A DNA stretch of 64,000 nucleotides from Octopus vulgaris (Eukaryota): positions 58,404,001-58,468,000 of the forward strand of contig OX597815.1 of assembly GCA_951406725.2 (NCBI GenBank). The letters are read 5' to 3'. Position numbers and translations under genes: made by a program. This document shows, in pieces, positions 63,225 to 64,000 of this stretch (the stretch's first letter is position 1; every line of letters begins with the position of its first letter). The notes beneath the pieces are model-generated. The model was not told the origin of the DNA and searched no databases. It worked only from the letters and a program-made list of their open reading frames with translations.

Positions 63225-64000
63225 TTTACTTATGATTCACCATTGACTGATTTCTTCAGGGTGAGGCACTCCTGTATGTGCCTTTGTCCCATTCAATGTA
63301 TGAGGGAACTTGACTCTGCTGCTCTCACCCATACCTCATACAGAGCCATCAGTTCATCTGCTATTATGGAGAGGAGAATATCTTGTTCCTTTTTGAAGAC
63401 ACCCACATCCATATTGTGTAAGCTTCTTAATTTTTGTGGTAGGGCATTAAGAAGATGTGGGCCTTTGAATCCTGAGCTATTGCAGTATCTAGTCTTGAAC
63501 GTAGATGGAATGGGAAGTACTTTTAGTAAAATACAATAACATCCAGTTTGGGCATTTGTAAAATACTCGATGCTGAAATTAGGTACTAGCCCTTCCACAG
63601 TTTTCCATATATAGATTATTACATATCTGATAGGCCTTCACACTAGGGAGTAAAGTAAAAGTTTTTTCAGCCTCTCCCTGCAGTTCATCTGCTGCGCTGT
63701 TACAATCTTTTTAGTGCCTCAATCTCCACTTTTAGTTAGGCACTGTGCTGACTGTGGTTGAAAGCAGTAGTCCAGGCAGCTGAGAACAAAGGTCCTCCAC
63801 AGGGTCAACATATCTTCTTGGTCTCTTGTCCTTAAGGACCTTAGTATCCACCCTTCTAGTTGTCTCCCTTTCTGTAATGTGCAATTGAAATGATGCATCA
63901 TTGCACTTACTGATCCCCAAGTTTTTCACTGCCTATGATTTAGGGATTGCAGTATCTTCAAGTCCTGTATATGCATGCTGCAGTGCATTTGTAAGCTGAT
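63225..64000 (-). mobile_element. CR1-group (Daphne/Crack/L2-like) LINE 3' fragment
   Basis: KNLGI, GWILRSLRTRDQEDMLTLWRTFVLSCLDYC, EGLVPN, GPHLLNALP..LR motifs. Confidence 0.75.

Noticed and set aside
32751-64000. Upstream F-BAR exons (PKKKEE-type exon and earlier)
   Set aside because: No matching exon found by eye; presumably beyond 64000, though a small exon could have been missed.

Overview
AT-rich, CpG-poor metazoan DNA. The SINE, RTE, piggyBac and (TA)n landscape points to a coleoid cephalopod, probably Octopus (inference). The only host gene I can support is on the minus strand: four spliced exons (148, 63, 105 and 129 nt) of an F-BAR protein of the FNBP1/FNBP1L(TOCA-1)/CIP4 family, plus a candidate 48-nt microexon. 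I did not find the gene's earlier or later exons in the window. The rest is intron packed with nested, mostly decayed transposons: RTE, Hero, Tx1/L1 and CR1-group LINEs, Penelope-like elements (including a Naiad-type copy), piggyBac, mariner, Tigger, maT-like, Helitrons, MITEs and tRNA-derived SINEs. Three signals stand out. (1) A set of minimal type-I hammerhead ribozyme motifs in small (TA)n-embedded elements; three of these are fold-back structures whose inversion point falls in or next to the ribozyme core, and one is a 364-nt retrozyme-like unit with terminal redundancy. (2) Three local templated inverted insertions. (3) A ~216-bp-arm hairpin about 210 nt upstream of an exon acceptor. TE boundaries were read by eye and are approximate unless TIRs/TSDs are quoted.
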